From: an uncultured Candidatus Saccharibacteria bacterium | Lineage (GTDB): Bacteria; Patescibacteriota; Minisyncoccia; Phycocordibacterales; UBA9973 | Length of the DNA stretch: 64,000 nucleotides | Direction of reading: 5' to 3' | Assembly (NCBI GenBank): GCA_964482735.1 | Contig: CAYZYV010000004.1 | Coordinates: forward strand, 65,737 to 129,736 | Part shown: one piece after another, positions 47,136-57,232 of the stretch | How the letters are laid out: every line of letters begins with the position of its first letter | Numbering within the stretch: the stretch's first letter is position 1 | Translations under genes and position numbers: made by a program | Notes under the pieces: generated by a model | What the model was told of the DNA's origin: nothing | The model's input: the letters and a program-made list of their open reading frames with translations, nothing else | Database searches by the model: none

Positions 47136-47301
47136 CTCTTGGTTTCGTAGCAAACAACTACTGGTCTTCTACCCCCGTTCCGTCGTCGCCTACTACGCTC
47201 GCTTACAACCAGAACATGAACAATGGTAACTTGAACAACAACAGTCAGACTAACGGGAACTATGTTCGCTGTGTTAGGTAGAAGTGTGTTCGCCTAGAAT
47301 T
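47136..47301 (+). repeat. DGR2 template repeat (TR2)
   Basis: Intergenic between avd2 and RT2. It is rich in AAC codons (NNQNMNNGNLNNNSQTNGN) that appear mutated in VR2. Confidence 0.85.
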
Positions 47302-47337
47302 TTGTTTCCAATTTTCTGCTTGATTTAATATTTTAGA

Positions 47338-48411
47338 ATGACAATTTTCACAATTAAAAATATATATAAAGCATATAATGATTGCTTAAAACACAAGAAA
47401 AACACAACTAATGCTTTAAAATTTGAGCTAAACAGAGAGAAGAATTTGTATTCATTACTCAAAGATTTACAAAACAGAACTTACAAAATATCAAGACATA
47501 TATGCTTCGTGGTAACAGTGCCAACGGCTAGGGAAATATTTGCAGCTGATTTTCGAGATAGAATAATTCACCATGTACTATATAATGAGATAAGAGATTT
47601 ATTTGAAAGTAATTTCATTGAAGAATCATATGCTAATAGATTAGGCAAAGGGACTCATATGGCTGTTCGAAAATTAAGATATCATATAGCAAGAGGAGGA
47701 AAGGATGGTAGAAGATTATATTATTTAAAGATGGATATCAAGGGATTTTTCAGAAATATAGACAAAAATATTCTATACGAAGAAATGAAAATGATTATTG
47801 TGAGAAGTGACAAAGATAAATCGTGGAAAGACGAAATACTGTGGCTAACAAAAATGATTATTTTTCATGATCCAACATCTAATTATGTTTTCAAAGGGGC
47901 GAATAATACAAGAGGCGTTGTCCCTAAGCACAAATCTTTGTTTTATGGAGATAGAAATAAAGGTTTACCAATAGGGAATTTAACTAGCCAATTTTTTGCA
48001 AATATTTATTTAGACAAACTTGATCATTTTGTAAAAGAGGAATTAAAATTTTATCGCTATCTTAGATATGTTGATGATTTTATTATCCTAGATGAAGACA
48101 AAGAAAGGTTAGAAGAAACGATAAAAAAAATTGATCTATTTCTTAACCAGAAGTTAAATTTAAAATTGGCCCCCGATAAGATATTTCTAAGGCAGGTTAA
48201 TCATGGAATAGACTTTCTTGGTTATTATATTAAACCGACTCATACTCTAGTAAGAAGAAAGGTGGTTCGGAGGTTTAAAGACAAAATGTATAAAAATAAA
48301 AACAAAGAAGATGGCTTATACTCTATAAAATTTCTGTCTGTTATAAGATCTTATTTTGGACATTTCGAGCATGCAAATAGTTATAATTTGAGGAAAAAAT
48401 TAATAGGTTAG
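47338..48411 (+). CDS. DGR reverse transcriptase (RT2)
   Basis: 357 aa, with GLPIGNLTSQ and YVDD (RYVDDFIIL) motifs, and about 40 percent identical to RT1 across the finger/palm region. Confidence 0.85.
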   Translation: MTIFTIKNIYKAYNDCLKHKKNTTNALKFELNREKNLYSLLKDLQNRTYKISRHICFVVTVPTAREIFAADFRDRIIHHVLYNEIRDLFESNFIEESYANRLGKGTHMAVRKLRYHIARGGKDGRRLYYLKMDIKGFFRNIDKNILYEEMKMIIVRSDKDKSWKDEILWLTKMIIFHDPTSNYVFKGANNTRGVVPKHKSLFYGDRNKGLPIGNLTSQFFANIYLDKLDHFVKEELKFYRYLRYVDDFIILDEDKERLEETIKKIDLFLNQKLNLKLAPDKIFLRQVNHGIDFLGYYIKPTHTLVRRKVVRRFKDKMYKNKNKEDGLYSIKFLSVIRSYFGHFEHANSYNLRKKLIG

Positions 48412-48479
48412 TAATAAGGTATTAGATTTAATATTAGTAAATAAATTTTTATAGGATATAATATAAAATAACAAATATT

Positions 48480-48935
48480 ATGAATAAAAAAATAGAAATC
48501 TACACAGACGGATCTTCTCTCGGTAATCCTGGCCCCGGAGGATGGGGGACTGTTGTGGTTGAAAATGAAAAAATCGTCTTTGAGCTTGGGGGCTTTGATA
48601 AAAACACGACAAATAATCGCATGGAAATAAAAGCGGTTATTGAAGCGTTGAGATATGTAAATAAAAAATACGGAGGTCTAGAAGTCTCGATCGTCGCAGA
48701 CTCCAATTATGTTCTTTTGGGGATTACTGAATGGATTCACAACTGGCAACGAAATGGATGGAAAACTGCCGGCAAAAAACCAGTTCTTAACCAAGAACTC
48801 TGGCAAGAACTCTGGCAACTAAAAGAAGAATCAACTTCAAAGATTTTATGGCATAAAGTTAAAGGTCACTCAGGCCACGTTTTCAACGAGCGAGCAGATG
48901 AGATAGCGACAACAAAAGCCTCACTACAAAAGTAG
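48480..48935 (+). CDS. rnhA: Ribonuclease HI
   Basis: IYTDGSSLGNPGPGGWG, MEIKAVIEAL and HSGHVFNERADEIA catalytic motifs. Confidence 0.8.
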   Translation: MNKKIEIYTDGSSLGNPGPGGWGTVVVENEKIVFELGGFDKNTTNNRMEIKAVIEALRYVNKKYGGLEVSIVADSNYVLLGITEWIHNWQRNGWKTAGKKPVLNQELWQELWQLKEESTSKILWHKVKGHSGHVFNERADEIATTKASLQK

Positions 48936-49103
48936 GGGGCTTAATTGTTTTACAAGGTTTTTGTGTAAACAGAAAAGTTTTTCCTCTATAATTATTTTGT
49001 GGAGCACGGATATTTTTCTACTGAAAAATTCCTCGAGCTCGCGCCGTCGCGCTCGCTAGTCTCCACAAAATAACTATAGATGGAAAAATCATGGTAAGAG
49101 TTT

Positions 49104-50396
49104 ATGTCGAAAAAGGAAATTATTTTAATAATCTTTTTGGCAATAATAGCGGGAGTTCGCTATTTGTTTTTTATCCCCCAAGCTCCTAATTTTGATTATT
49201 TAGTAGGGGAAAATATAGGATTCGTTGGGCAAATTGTAGAAAATCCAGATGAGAGATTGAACAGTCAGCAATTAAAAGTAAAAATTAATAATCAAAAAAT
49301 TTATTTACTTGTTTCAACTAGCAAAGCAACAGAATACAAGTATGGTGATAAGATTTATGCAGAAGGGAAGCTCTCAAAACCAGAAAATTTTATCACTGCC
49401 CAAGGAAAAGAATTTAATTATATAAAATATCTTGCAAATCAAGATATTTATTTTTTGCTTAAATATCCCAAAATAGAAATCATTACCCGAGATAACGGGA
49501 ATTCGGTTTATGCTTTTCTGTATAAAATAAAAAATTCTTTTATAAAAAGTATAAACAAAGTTATCGACTTACCAGAGAGTAGTTTGGCCGGAGGTTTGGT
49601 TTTAGGATTAAAAGGCGGTTTTGATGAAGAAATGAGAAATAACCTTATAGAAACAGGTACTATCCACATTGTGGCGTTGTCTGGTTATAACGTTTCAATT
49701 GTAGCAGAGGGTGTGATGAAGGCTTTTAAGCAAGTATTTTCTCAAAACATCTCTATCGTTTTAGGTATGGTGACTATTTTGCTTTTTGTAATTTTAACAG
49801 GAGCAGAAGCGACTGCTGTTAGAGCAGGAATTATGGCAACCATTATGCTCGTAGGACGAATGACTGGTCGAAAATATTTAGCTGGTCGTGGACTGGTGAT
49901 TGCTGCACTTTTAATGATCACATATGATCCGAGAATTGTGACCGACATGTCTTTTCAGTTATCTTTTATTGCTACAGCGGGAGTTTTATTTTTACCAACA
50001 AAAATTTTGAAATATTTTTCTTTCTTACCGGTTCGCTTTGGAGTCAGAGAAATGGTGGTGTCGACAGTTTCAGCAACTATCTCTGTTTTGCCTATTGTTT
50101 TATATAGCACAGGAGTGTTATCGATAGTTTCTATTCTTGTTAATTTGTTAATACTTTTATTTATTCCTTATGCTATGCTTTTTGTTTTTATCGCTGGAGC
50201 TTTGGGACTAATTTCTAAGGCGATAGCTATACCTTTTGGTTTTATCGCATTTATTATTCTTCACTATATTTTATCTGCAATAAATATCTTTGGCTCGTTT
50301 AGATTTTCGAGTTTTACAATTCAATCCTTCCCACTTATTATTGTTATTTTATTATATGCAGGTATTCTTTGGTGGGTTTTTATAAAAAAGAAATAA
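49104..50396 (+). CDS. comEC: DNA internalization competence protein ComEC/Rec2, N-terminal DUF4131 plus competence channel domain
   Basis: 430-aa polytopic membrane protein with a ComEC-type core (HIVALSGYNVSIV). Confidence 0.7.
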   Translation: MSKKEIILIIFLAIIAGVRYLFFIPQAPNFDYLVGENIGFVGQIVENPDERLNSQQLKVKINNQKIYLLVSTSKATEYKYGDKIYAEGKLSKPENFITAQGKEFNYIKYLANQDIYFLLKYPKIEIITRDNGNSVYAFLYKIKNSFIKSINKVIDLPESSLAGGLVLGLKGGFDEEMRNNLIETGTIHIVALSGYNVSIVAEGVMKAFKQVFSQNISIVLGMVTILLFVILTGAEATAVRAGIMATIMLVGRMTGRKYLAGRGLVIAALLMITYDPRIVTDMSFQLSFIATAGVLFLPTKILKYFSFLPVRFGVREMVVSTVSATISVLPIVLYSTGVLSIVSILVNLLILLFIPYAMLFVFIAGALGLISKAIAIPFGFIAFIILHYILSAINIFGSFRFSSFTIQSFPLIIVILLYAGILWWVFIKKK

Positions 50397-50415
50397 TGTT
50401 TATTAACATCTCTGT

Positions 50416-51306
50416 TTGATAAATGTTATTATAAAAAGGAAAATGAAAAAATATAAAAAATATCTACCATATCTTTTGATTCTAGTTATTCTCGGTGTAA
50501 CTATTTTTGTTTGGCAGTCCGTTTTAAGTAATAAAAATCCGAGAATGCTCAAGGTCGCATTCCTGGATGTGGGGCAGGGGGATGCTATATACATTGAGGC
50601 TCCAAATAAAAAACAGGTCTTGATAGACGGAGGAAAAGATTCAAAACTTTTGTACAGCTTATCGAAAGTAATGCCTTTCGCTGATCGATCTTTGGACTTG
50701 TTAATTATTACTCATCGAGATATGGATCATATCGGAGGTTTACCAATGCTTCTAGACGGGTATCGTGTTGAAAAAGTTATTGATAATGGAATTAAAGATG
50801 AAACAGAAATATCAAAATCTGTGGATGAAAAAATTAAAAGTCGATCTATAGAAAGTGAAGTGGCTCAAAAAGATATGCGAGTTTTTCTTGATAAAGAAAA
50901 TGATATTTATTTAGATGTTATTTATCCCAATAGAGATGTTTCAGATATTGATTCAAATGATGGTTCTGTTGTGGTTAAATTGGTTCATGGAGAAAATTCA
51001 TTTTTGTTTACAGGAGATGCAAGTATTTATGCTGAAAGTTTAATAATGTGGGAAGAAGGCGAGAACGATTTAGATATCGATGTGCTTAAATTGGGTCACC
51101 ATGGAGCAAGGTCGTCATCAAGTTTACTCTGGCTCGAGAAGACCAGTCCAGAGTTGGCCATAGTTTCTGCCGGTAAAAATAATTCTTATGGGCATCCGCA
51201 CAAAGAGACACTGGAGAGATTGGAAAATTTAAAAATTCCATTTTTATCAACTGCAGAGATTGGAACAATTTTAATAAAAAGTGATGGTCAAAAATTGGAG
51301 TACTAA
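50416..51306 (+). CDS. comEC: ComEC C-terminal metallo-beta-lactamase-fold domain encoded as a separate ORF
   Basis: VAFLDVGQGDAIYIE, ITHRDMDHIGG and LKLGHHGARSSSS motifs. It lies 19 nt downstream of the ComEC channel ORF, in a different frame. Confidence 0.7.
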   Translation: MINVIIKRKMKKYKKYLPYLLILVILGVTIFVWQSVLSNKNPRMLKVAFLDVGQGDAIYIEAPNKKQVLIDGGKDSKLLYSLSKVMPFADRSLDLLIITHRDMDHIGGLPMLLDGYRVEKVIDNGIKDETEISKSVDEKIKSRSIESEVAQKDMRVFLDKENDIYLDVIYPNRDVSDIDSNDGSVVVKLVHGENSFLFTGDASIYAESLIMWEEGENDLDIDVLKLGHHGARSSSSLLWLEKTSPELAIVSAGKNNSYGHPHKETLERLENLKIPFLSTAEIGTILIKSDGQKLEY

Positions 51307-51528
51307 AAATCTTGTGATCTCAAGCAAAAATAATTCTCTTCAAAAAAGACTAGCGAGCACGACGGTGCGAACTTGCTTGAAAGCAAACTGCTTTGCTTTC
51401 AAGGTGTTCACGAAGTGATGTGCCGATGTCTTTAGACAGGCATAAACGGGCATTTTTCGAGAGAATTATATCCGTGCTTTTTTGAAGAGAATTATTTTTT
51501 GCTAAGTGCGTGAATCAAATAAAAAACA

Positions 51529-51562
51529 CCCCGATTTTTTCGGGGTGTTTTTTATTTTATGA
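51529..51562. terminator. Bidirectional rho-independent terminator
   Basis: aaaaaacaccccgattttttcggggtgtttttt. Confidence 0.7.
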
Positions 51563-51797
51563 TTCCTGCCTCTTTCAATACTGTGTAAGCTCCTTTTTTG
51601 TTAATTGTTTTAATTGCTTGTGTGGATATAGTAAGTGAGAAATATTTCTTGAGCTCAGGGACATATATTCTCTTTTTCTGTAGGTTAGGGTACTTTCTTA
51701 CCATTCCTGTAGGGTTAAATTTGGTAGCACGAACAACGTTGGAGTATCCTCCAGCTACTTTTGAACCCTTTTTTGTTATTGGACAGACTTTTGCCAT
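51552..51797 (-). CDS. rpmB: 50S ribosomal protein L28
   Basis: MAKVCPITKKGSKVAGGYSNVVRATKFNPTG... matches L28. Confidence 0.85.
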   Translation of the reverse strand: MAKVCPITKKGSKVAGGYSNVVRATKFNPTGMVRKYPNLQKKRIYVPELKKYFSLTISTQAIKTINKKGAYTVLKEAGIIK

Positions 51798-51861
51798 ATG
51801 TGAAAGCTATGTTATCATATAAGTCTTAGAAAAGCAATCCCGCAAGGGAAGTATAAAAATT

Positions 51862-52509
51862 ATGAACATAGGAATTACAGATGGAATATTTTATGTCGCC
51901 GTACTCATCATGTCGGTAGTGATCCACGAAGTGGCTCATGGTTATTCAGCCTATTTGCTTGGTGATGACACGGCTAAACTTAGCGGACGGTTAACTCTTA
52001 ATCCTCTCAAACATTTAGACCCGTTCGGATCTGTCTTTTTGCCTTTGCTTTTGGTTTTAACAAATTCCGGTTTTATTATTGGATGGGCAAAGCCAGTACC
52101 TTATAACCCTAGAAACTTGAAGGGGGGAAGGAAAGCTGATTTTATCGTTTCTATTTCTGGAATTGCGGCCAATTTGATCGTAGCTCTAATATTTGGTCTT
52201 ATCTTGAGGTTCTTACCGTTTATTGGTTTGCCTCTCGATTCAGAAGCTTTATTCGCCTTTGTTAAGATTGCCTCAATAATAGTTGTAACAAATTTGGTTT
52301 TAGCACTATTCAACCTAATTCCAATATCACCCCTAGATGGATCAAAAGTTCTTTTCTCGATTCTCCCAGTTCGTTTAAGAAATATTGAAATCTTTATGGA
52401 AAAATGGGGATTATTCTTAATGATTTTCTTCATAGTCTTTGTTTGGCAGTATGTTTCTCCAGTCATCTATTTAGCTTTTAAACTTTTGACGGGCATAAAT
52501 CTGATATAG
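51862..52509 (+). CDS. Site-2 protease (M50) family membrane metalloprotease
   Basis: HExxH zinc motif VIHEVAHG in the first TM helix; 215 aa and polytopic. Confidence 0.6.
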   Translation: MNIGITDGIFYVAVLIMSVVIHEVAHGYSAYLLGDDTAKLSGRLTLNPLKHLDPFGSVFLPLLLVLTNSGFIIGWAKPVPYNPRNLKGGRKADFIVSISGIAANLIVALIFGLILRFLPFIGLPLDSEALFAFVKIASIIVVTNLVLALFNLIPISPLDGSKVLFSILPVRLRNIEIFMEKWGLFLMIFFIVFVWQYVSPVIYLAFKLLTGINLI

Positions 52510-52667
52510 AAACACCCCTATTGCATTTTAGCTAATTCTGTAGTAAAGTAATTCCACTAGTCTTTATGACTATTTGTTTTATATGTCTGGCCTATTTGAG
52601 AGAATCAAATAGGAATTACTAAAATAATTAAAGAGTTAAATAAAAATTAATTATTTATTTTTTAAGA

Positions 52668-53093
52668 ATGCCTACAATTAATCAATTGGTTCGAAAGAGC
52701 CGCAAATCAATAAAAAAGAAATCAAAAGCAGTAGCACTTGCTCGTGGTTTTAATACGAACAAAAACAAGCCGGTGTTTTATCCTGCTCCATTTAAACGTG
52801 GTGTGTGTACTAAAGTTTCAACTACAACCCCTAAGAAACCTAACTCAGCTTTACGAAAAATTGCCAGAGTTCGTCTAACAAACGGTATGGAAGTAACAGC
52901 TTATATTCCAGGAGAAGGACACAATTTGCAAGAACACTCAGTGGTTATGATCCGAGGAGGCCGTGTGAAAGACCTTATTGGAGTTCGTTATCACGTCGTT
53001 CGAGGTCGTCTAGATACACAAGGAGTAGAGAAGCGTCGACAATCAAGAAGTCTCTATGGTGCTAAAACTCCTAAGAAAGACACTAAGAAATAA
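52668..53093 (+). CDS. rpsL: 30S ribosomal protein S12
   Basis: [10 protein letters not shown]...[10 protein letters not shown] conserved S12 sequence. Confidence 0.9.
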   Translation: MPTINQLVRKSRKSIKKKSKAVALARGFNTNKNKPVFYPAPFKRGVCTKVSTTTPKKPNSALRKIARVRLTNGMEVTAYIPGEGHNLQEHSVVMIRGGRVKDLIGVRYHVVRGRLDTQGVEKRRQSRSLYGAKTPKKDTKK

Positions 53094-53111
53094 TTTTTTG
53101 AATAAAAAACT

Positions 53112-53582
53112 ATGAGAAAGAAGATAAAAGATAAAAAAGTAGTAGAGCCTGATATCGTTTACAAATCTCAAAAACTTGCTAAGTTTATCAACAATGTGAT
53201 GTTGGATGGCAAGAAAGAGACAGCTCGTAAATCAGTTTATAAGGCCTTCGAAATTATAAAAGAGAAGACAGGAAACCCTAATCCTCTTGAAGTGTTCGAT
53301 ACAGCTATCAAAAATGCAGGACCTCTAGTAGAAGTACGATCACGAAGAATTGGAGGAGCCAACTATCAAGTTCCTAGAGAAGTAAGACCAGAAAGAAGAG
53401 TAGCTTTAGCAATGAGATGGATAATAGGAGCAGCAAGAACCAAAAAAGGAGCACCTATTCATGAAAAACTTGCTGAGGAATTAATTCTAGCTTCAAAAAA
53501 CGAAGGTGCAGCATGCAAGAAGAGAGACGATACTCACAAAATGGCAGAAGCCAACAAAGCATTTGCTCACTTCGCTTGGTAA
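53112..53582 (+). CDS. rpsG: 30S ribosomal protein S7
   Basis: 156 aa with the S7 signature ...VRSRRIGGANYQVP. Confidence 0.9.
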   Translation: MRKKIKDKKVVEPDIVYKSQKLAKFINNVMLDGKKETARKSVYKAFEIIKEKTGNPNPLEVFDTAIKNAGPLVEVRSRRIGGANYQVPREVRPERRVALAMRWIIGAARTKKGAPIHEKLAEELILASKNEGAACKKRDDTHKMAEANKAFAHFAW

Positions 53583-53701
53583 TTCAAACAAATACTCAAT
53601 TTTAAAACCCCCGAAAGGGGGTTTTAAAATTGTTTGATAGGTTGTTGTGTTTTTGCTGAATTTAAATATAATAGGGACAAAACTGTTTAAAAACTATTGC
53701 G

Positions 53702-54070
53702 ATGAAGACTTCGAATTTTTTAAAAGAAGTCAGAAAAATCTGCAGATTATCTGACTTAGATCCGGACAAGGTGGGGGACAACCCACAAGTTGAAGAGGTC
53801 CCAAAAAATCTCAATTCTACTCCTGTGAACCTTACTGAAATAAGGGGATTCAAACAGATGTTTGTTGAGGAGCTTACGTATTTAGGGCAGATAACAAGAA
53901 ACTTGTTATCTCAACTTGGGGACAATAAAAAAGAGGAAAAAATCCTCGACATTTCCCAAAACATAACTAGGTATATGGAACTAATCCTTCAAATCGAAGT
54001 GATGGTTTCAAAGACCCACAGAAAATTTGTTATCTATAACGGTTTCATCTATGAAGAAAAAACCGCTTAG
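53702..54070 (+). CDS. Hypothetical protein inserted between rpsG and fusA
   Basis: 122-aa ORF with its own terminator upstream (53600..53640); no motif recognized. Confidence 0.4.
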   Translation: MKTSNFLKEVRKICRLSDLDPDKVGDNPQVEEVPKNLNSTPVNLTEIRGFKQMFVEELTYLGQITRNLLSQLGDNKKEEKILDISQNITRYMELILQIEVMVSKTHRKFVIYNGFIYEEKTA

Positions 54071-54178
54071 TATTTTTTAGTAGAAAGGCCTCTTTTTAGA
54101 GGTCTTCTATTTTTTAAACTTGCTTTTATAACAAAAGGGAATATAATGCGGACAAATAAAATTCTTTAACTAAAACAT

Positions 54179-54670
54179 TTGACTATGAAGTATTATCCTC
54201 TTCTCTTGGCTTTGTGCCAGGATATAGAAATTAATTTGTTAGAAGATGTTGAAACCATCTTTAGAAACAAAGAAGAAAGGATCGTTCTCGGTCCAAAGAT
54301 CAATATCAAGGATACCATCTTTGGTGAAGATGCAACTGAGATTGAAAAAATTTCAAGTGTAGTGAGTAATATGTTTCTTCGAGCAAGAAATTATGTAGGG
54401 CCGTCGGGTGGAGAAAAAGGACATTTGGAAAATGTTAAAAACGAAATCATTACCCAAATTGCTGAAACTTATCAAGATGTTATCATTTATCTTTTTAATA
54501 ATCAGGTTTGTCCGGATTCAAGACTTATAGTTGACCAGGGTTTTTTTTACAAAACCATTGGTCAGGAAGAGTTTGAAGCTAAACTCAAAAAGGCGAATCA
54601 AAAAATTCGTGATAAGGCCAAGTTCTACCATGAGGCTTGTGCAGCCTATAGAAAAATAGCAAACCAATAA
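54179..54670 (+). CDS. Hypothetical protein inserted between rpsG and fusA
   Basis: 163-aa ORF, and a terminator hairpin at about 54695..54745. Confidence 0.4.
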   Translation: MTMKYYPLLLALCQDIEINLLEDVETIFRNKEERIVLGPKINIKDTIFGEDATEIEKISSVVSNMFLRARNYVGPSGGEKGHLENVKNEIITQIAETYQDVIIYLFNNQVCPDSRLIVDQGFFYKTIGQEEFEAKLKKANQKIRDKAKFYHEACAAYRKIANQ

Positions 54671-54882
54671 CTTTATTGATGTAGAGATGTTAAGGAGTCC
54701 AACCGGCTCCTTTTTTGTTGCAAAAAAAGGCTTTTTATTGTATATTGCAGAGATATTAGGGTCTTTAAGACTTTATATTTTTAATTAAAGCTTATCTTCT
54801 AGCAGTTGAGCTTTAACATTATTTTTTTAATTTTAATTTTTAGGCTAGTTGCTAGAACCTAGGCCCTAGAAACTAAATATAT

Positions 54883-57024
54883 ATGGAAAGAGATTATCCC
54901 TTAGAAAAAGTAAGAAATTTTGGAATTATTGCTCACATTGATGCTGGTAAAACCACTACAAGTGAAAGAGTTCTTTACTATACAGGAATGTCCCACAAGG
55001 TTGGTGAAGTTCACGATGGTGAAGCAACTACAGACTGGATGGAGCAAGAGCGTGAAAGAGGTATTACAATTACTTCTGCTGCTGTTACGTGTTTTTGGAC
55101 ACCTACATATGCAAATGGTGATAAAAATAAAAAGCATCGTTTTAATATTATTGACACTCCAGGTCACATTGACTTTACTGTTGAAGTTAAGAGATCACTT
55201 CGTGTGCTAGACGGAGCGGTTGTTGTTTTCGATGGAGTAGCTGGAGTAGAACCTCAATCAGAAACAAACTGGCGTTATGCTGACGAAGCTATGGTTCCTC
55301 GAATTTGTTTTGTTAACAAAATGGATAGAACAGGAGCTTCTTTTGAACACTCATACAAAACAATTTTGGATAGATTAAACAAAAATGCAGTCAGGATGCA
55401 ATTACCTATCGGGGCAGAAGAAAATTTTGAAGGGGTTGTTGATTTGCTTAAAATGAAAGCCTATTATTTTGAAGGTAATATGGGGGATCAAGTTGTTGAA
55501 AAAGAAATCCCAGAAAATCTAAAAGCGGACGCAGAGAAATATCATGGTGAATTAATCGAAAAAATTGTTGAACAAGATGATACTTTAATGTCTGATTATC
55601 TTGAAGGAAAAATTCCTAGTATCGAAGTTTTAAAAGCAACAATGAGAAAGGCTGTTATCGCAAACAAAATCTTTCCAGTGTTTACAGGAACTGCCTTGAA
55701 AAACAAAGGGGTTCAACTAGTTCTAGACGCTGTTATCGATTATCTTCCAAGCCCAATTGATATTCCTGCAATCAAAGGAGTTAACCCAGATAACGGAGAT
55801 GAAATGGAAAGACATGCTTCAGATTCAGAACCATTTTCAGCTCTTGCTTTCAAAGTTGCTACTGACCCGTTCGTTGGACAATTAATTTTCTTCCGTGTTT
55901 ATTCCGGATCTCTTTCTGCTGGAAGTTATGTTTATAATCCGAGAACAAGAAACAAAGAAAGAATTGGACGTATCTTGAGAATGCATGCTAATGACCGAGA
56001 AGAAGTCAAGAAAGTTTTTGCTGGAGAAATAGCAGCCGCTGTTGGATTAAAAGACACTATTACTTCAGACACTCTCTGTGATGAGGCTAGTCCTATAGAA
56101 CTATATAAAATTATATTCCCAGAACCAGTTATTCAACTTAGAGTTGAACCAAAGACAAAGGCTGACCAAGAAAAAATGGGTATGGCTTTAAATCGTTTAG
56201 CACAAGAAGATCCAACCTTTAGAGTCTCGACAGATAGTGAGACTAATGAGACAATCATTTCTGGAATGGGAGAACTTCACCTTGAAATTATTGTTGATCG
56301 TATGAAGAGAGAATTTAGTGTTGAAACTAATGTTGGAAATCCTCAGGTAGCCTACAGAGAAACTATTACTGGTACCGCAGACGCAGAAGGTAAATACATC
56401 AAACAATCTGGAGGAAGAGGTAACTACGGTCACGTTAAGATTAAAGTTAAGCCTATGGACTTTTCTATTAATCCAGAAGACCTTCCAAGAAATGTTAAGA
56501 GAGATAAAGAATTTGAATTCATTAACAATATCAAAGGAGGTGTTATTCCACTAGAATACATTCCAGCTTGTGAAAAAGGATTCAAAGAAGGATTGGATAG
56601 AGGAATACTAGCAGGGTTCAAGATGGTTAATGTTTCAGTAGATCTATGGGATGGTTCTTACCACGAAGTTGACTCTAACGAAATGGCTTTCAAGATTGCA
56701 GCTTCTATGGCTGTTCAAGATGCATGTAAGATGGCTCGTCCAGTTATTCTTGAGCCAATGATGAAGGTTGAAGTTGTAACCCCAGAGAAATTCATGGGAG
56801 ATGTTACTGGAAGTTTATCTTCAAAGAGAGGAATCATTGAAGGAATGGAAGCAAGAGGGTTGAATCAAGCCATCAAGGCAGTTGTTCCACTATCTGAGAT
56901 GTTTGGATATATGACAACCCTTCGTTCAATGACCGAAGGACGTGCTGGATTCGTAATGGAATTCTTAAGATACGATATAGTTCCACAAAACGTCGCTACA
57001 GCTATCATTGAAAAAAGGAAATAG
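54883..57024 (+). CDS. fusA: Elongation factor G
   Basis: GTPase G1-G4 motifs ([18 protein letters not shown]); 713 aa. Confidence 0.9.
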   Translation: MERDYPLEKVRNFGIIAHIDAGKTTTSERVLYYTGMSHKVGEVHDGEATTDWMEQERERGITITSAAVTCFWTPTYANGDKNKKHRFNIIDTPGHIDFTVEVKRSLRVLDGAVVVFDGVAGVEPQSETNWRYADEAMVPRICFVNKMDRTGASFEHSYKTILDRLNKNAVRMQLPIGAEENFEGVVDLLKMKAYYFEGNMGDQVVEKEIPENLKADAEKYHGELIEKIVEQDDTLMSDYLEGKIPSIEVLKATMRKAVIANKIFPVFTGTALKNKGVQLVLDAVIDYLPSPIDIPAIKGVNPDNGDEMERHASDSEPFSALAFKVATDPFVGQLIFFRVYSGSLSAGSYVYNPRTRNKERIGRILRMHANDREEVKKVFAGEIAAAVGLKDTITSDTLCDEASPIELYKIIFPEPVIQLRVEPKTKADQEKMGMALNRLAQEDPTFRVSTDSETNETIISGMGELHLEIIVDRMKREFSVETNVGNPQVAYRETITGTADAEGKYIKQSGGRGNYGHVKIKVKPMDFSINPEDLPRNVKRDKEFEFINNIKGGVIPLEYIPACEKGFKEGLDRGILAGFKMVNVSVDLWDGSYHEVDSNEMAFKIAASMAVQDACKMARPVILEPMMKVEVVTPEKFMGDVTGSLSSKRGIIEGMEARGLNQAIKAVVPLSEMFGYMTTLRSMTEGRAGFVMEFLRYDIVPQNVATAIIEKRK

Positions 57025-57117
57025 AATATAGTTTGTTTAAGAGATGTGCTTTAAAAAAACACTTCCCGCCCCGTAGTAAAATTTAAGAGCATTCGTTTTA
57101 AATTTTTACTTCTGGGG
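57025..57117 (+). mobile_element. 93-nt hairpin insertion element flanked by 32-bp direct duplication of the fusA 3' terminus (including the stop codon)
   Basis: tcgctacagctatcattgaaaaaaggaaatag is identical at 56993..57024 and 57118..57149. The core acttcccgccccgtagtaaaattt...ttcgtttt...acttctgggg is related to 8845..8940. Confidence 0.55.
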
Positions 57118-57232
57118 TCGCTACAGCTATCATTGAAAAAAGGAAATAGTATACTTAAAATTAAACCCCCTTTTGGCTTTCGCCAAAAGGGGGTTTAATG
57201 ATATAATATAAACCTATTAATCAAAAAACATT

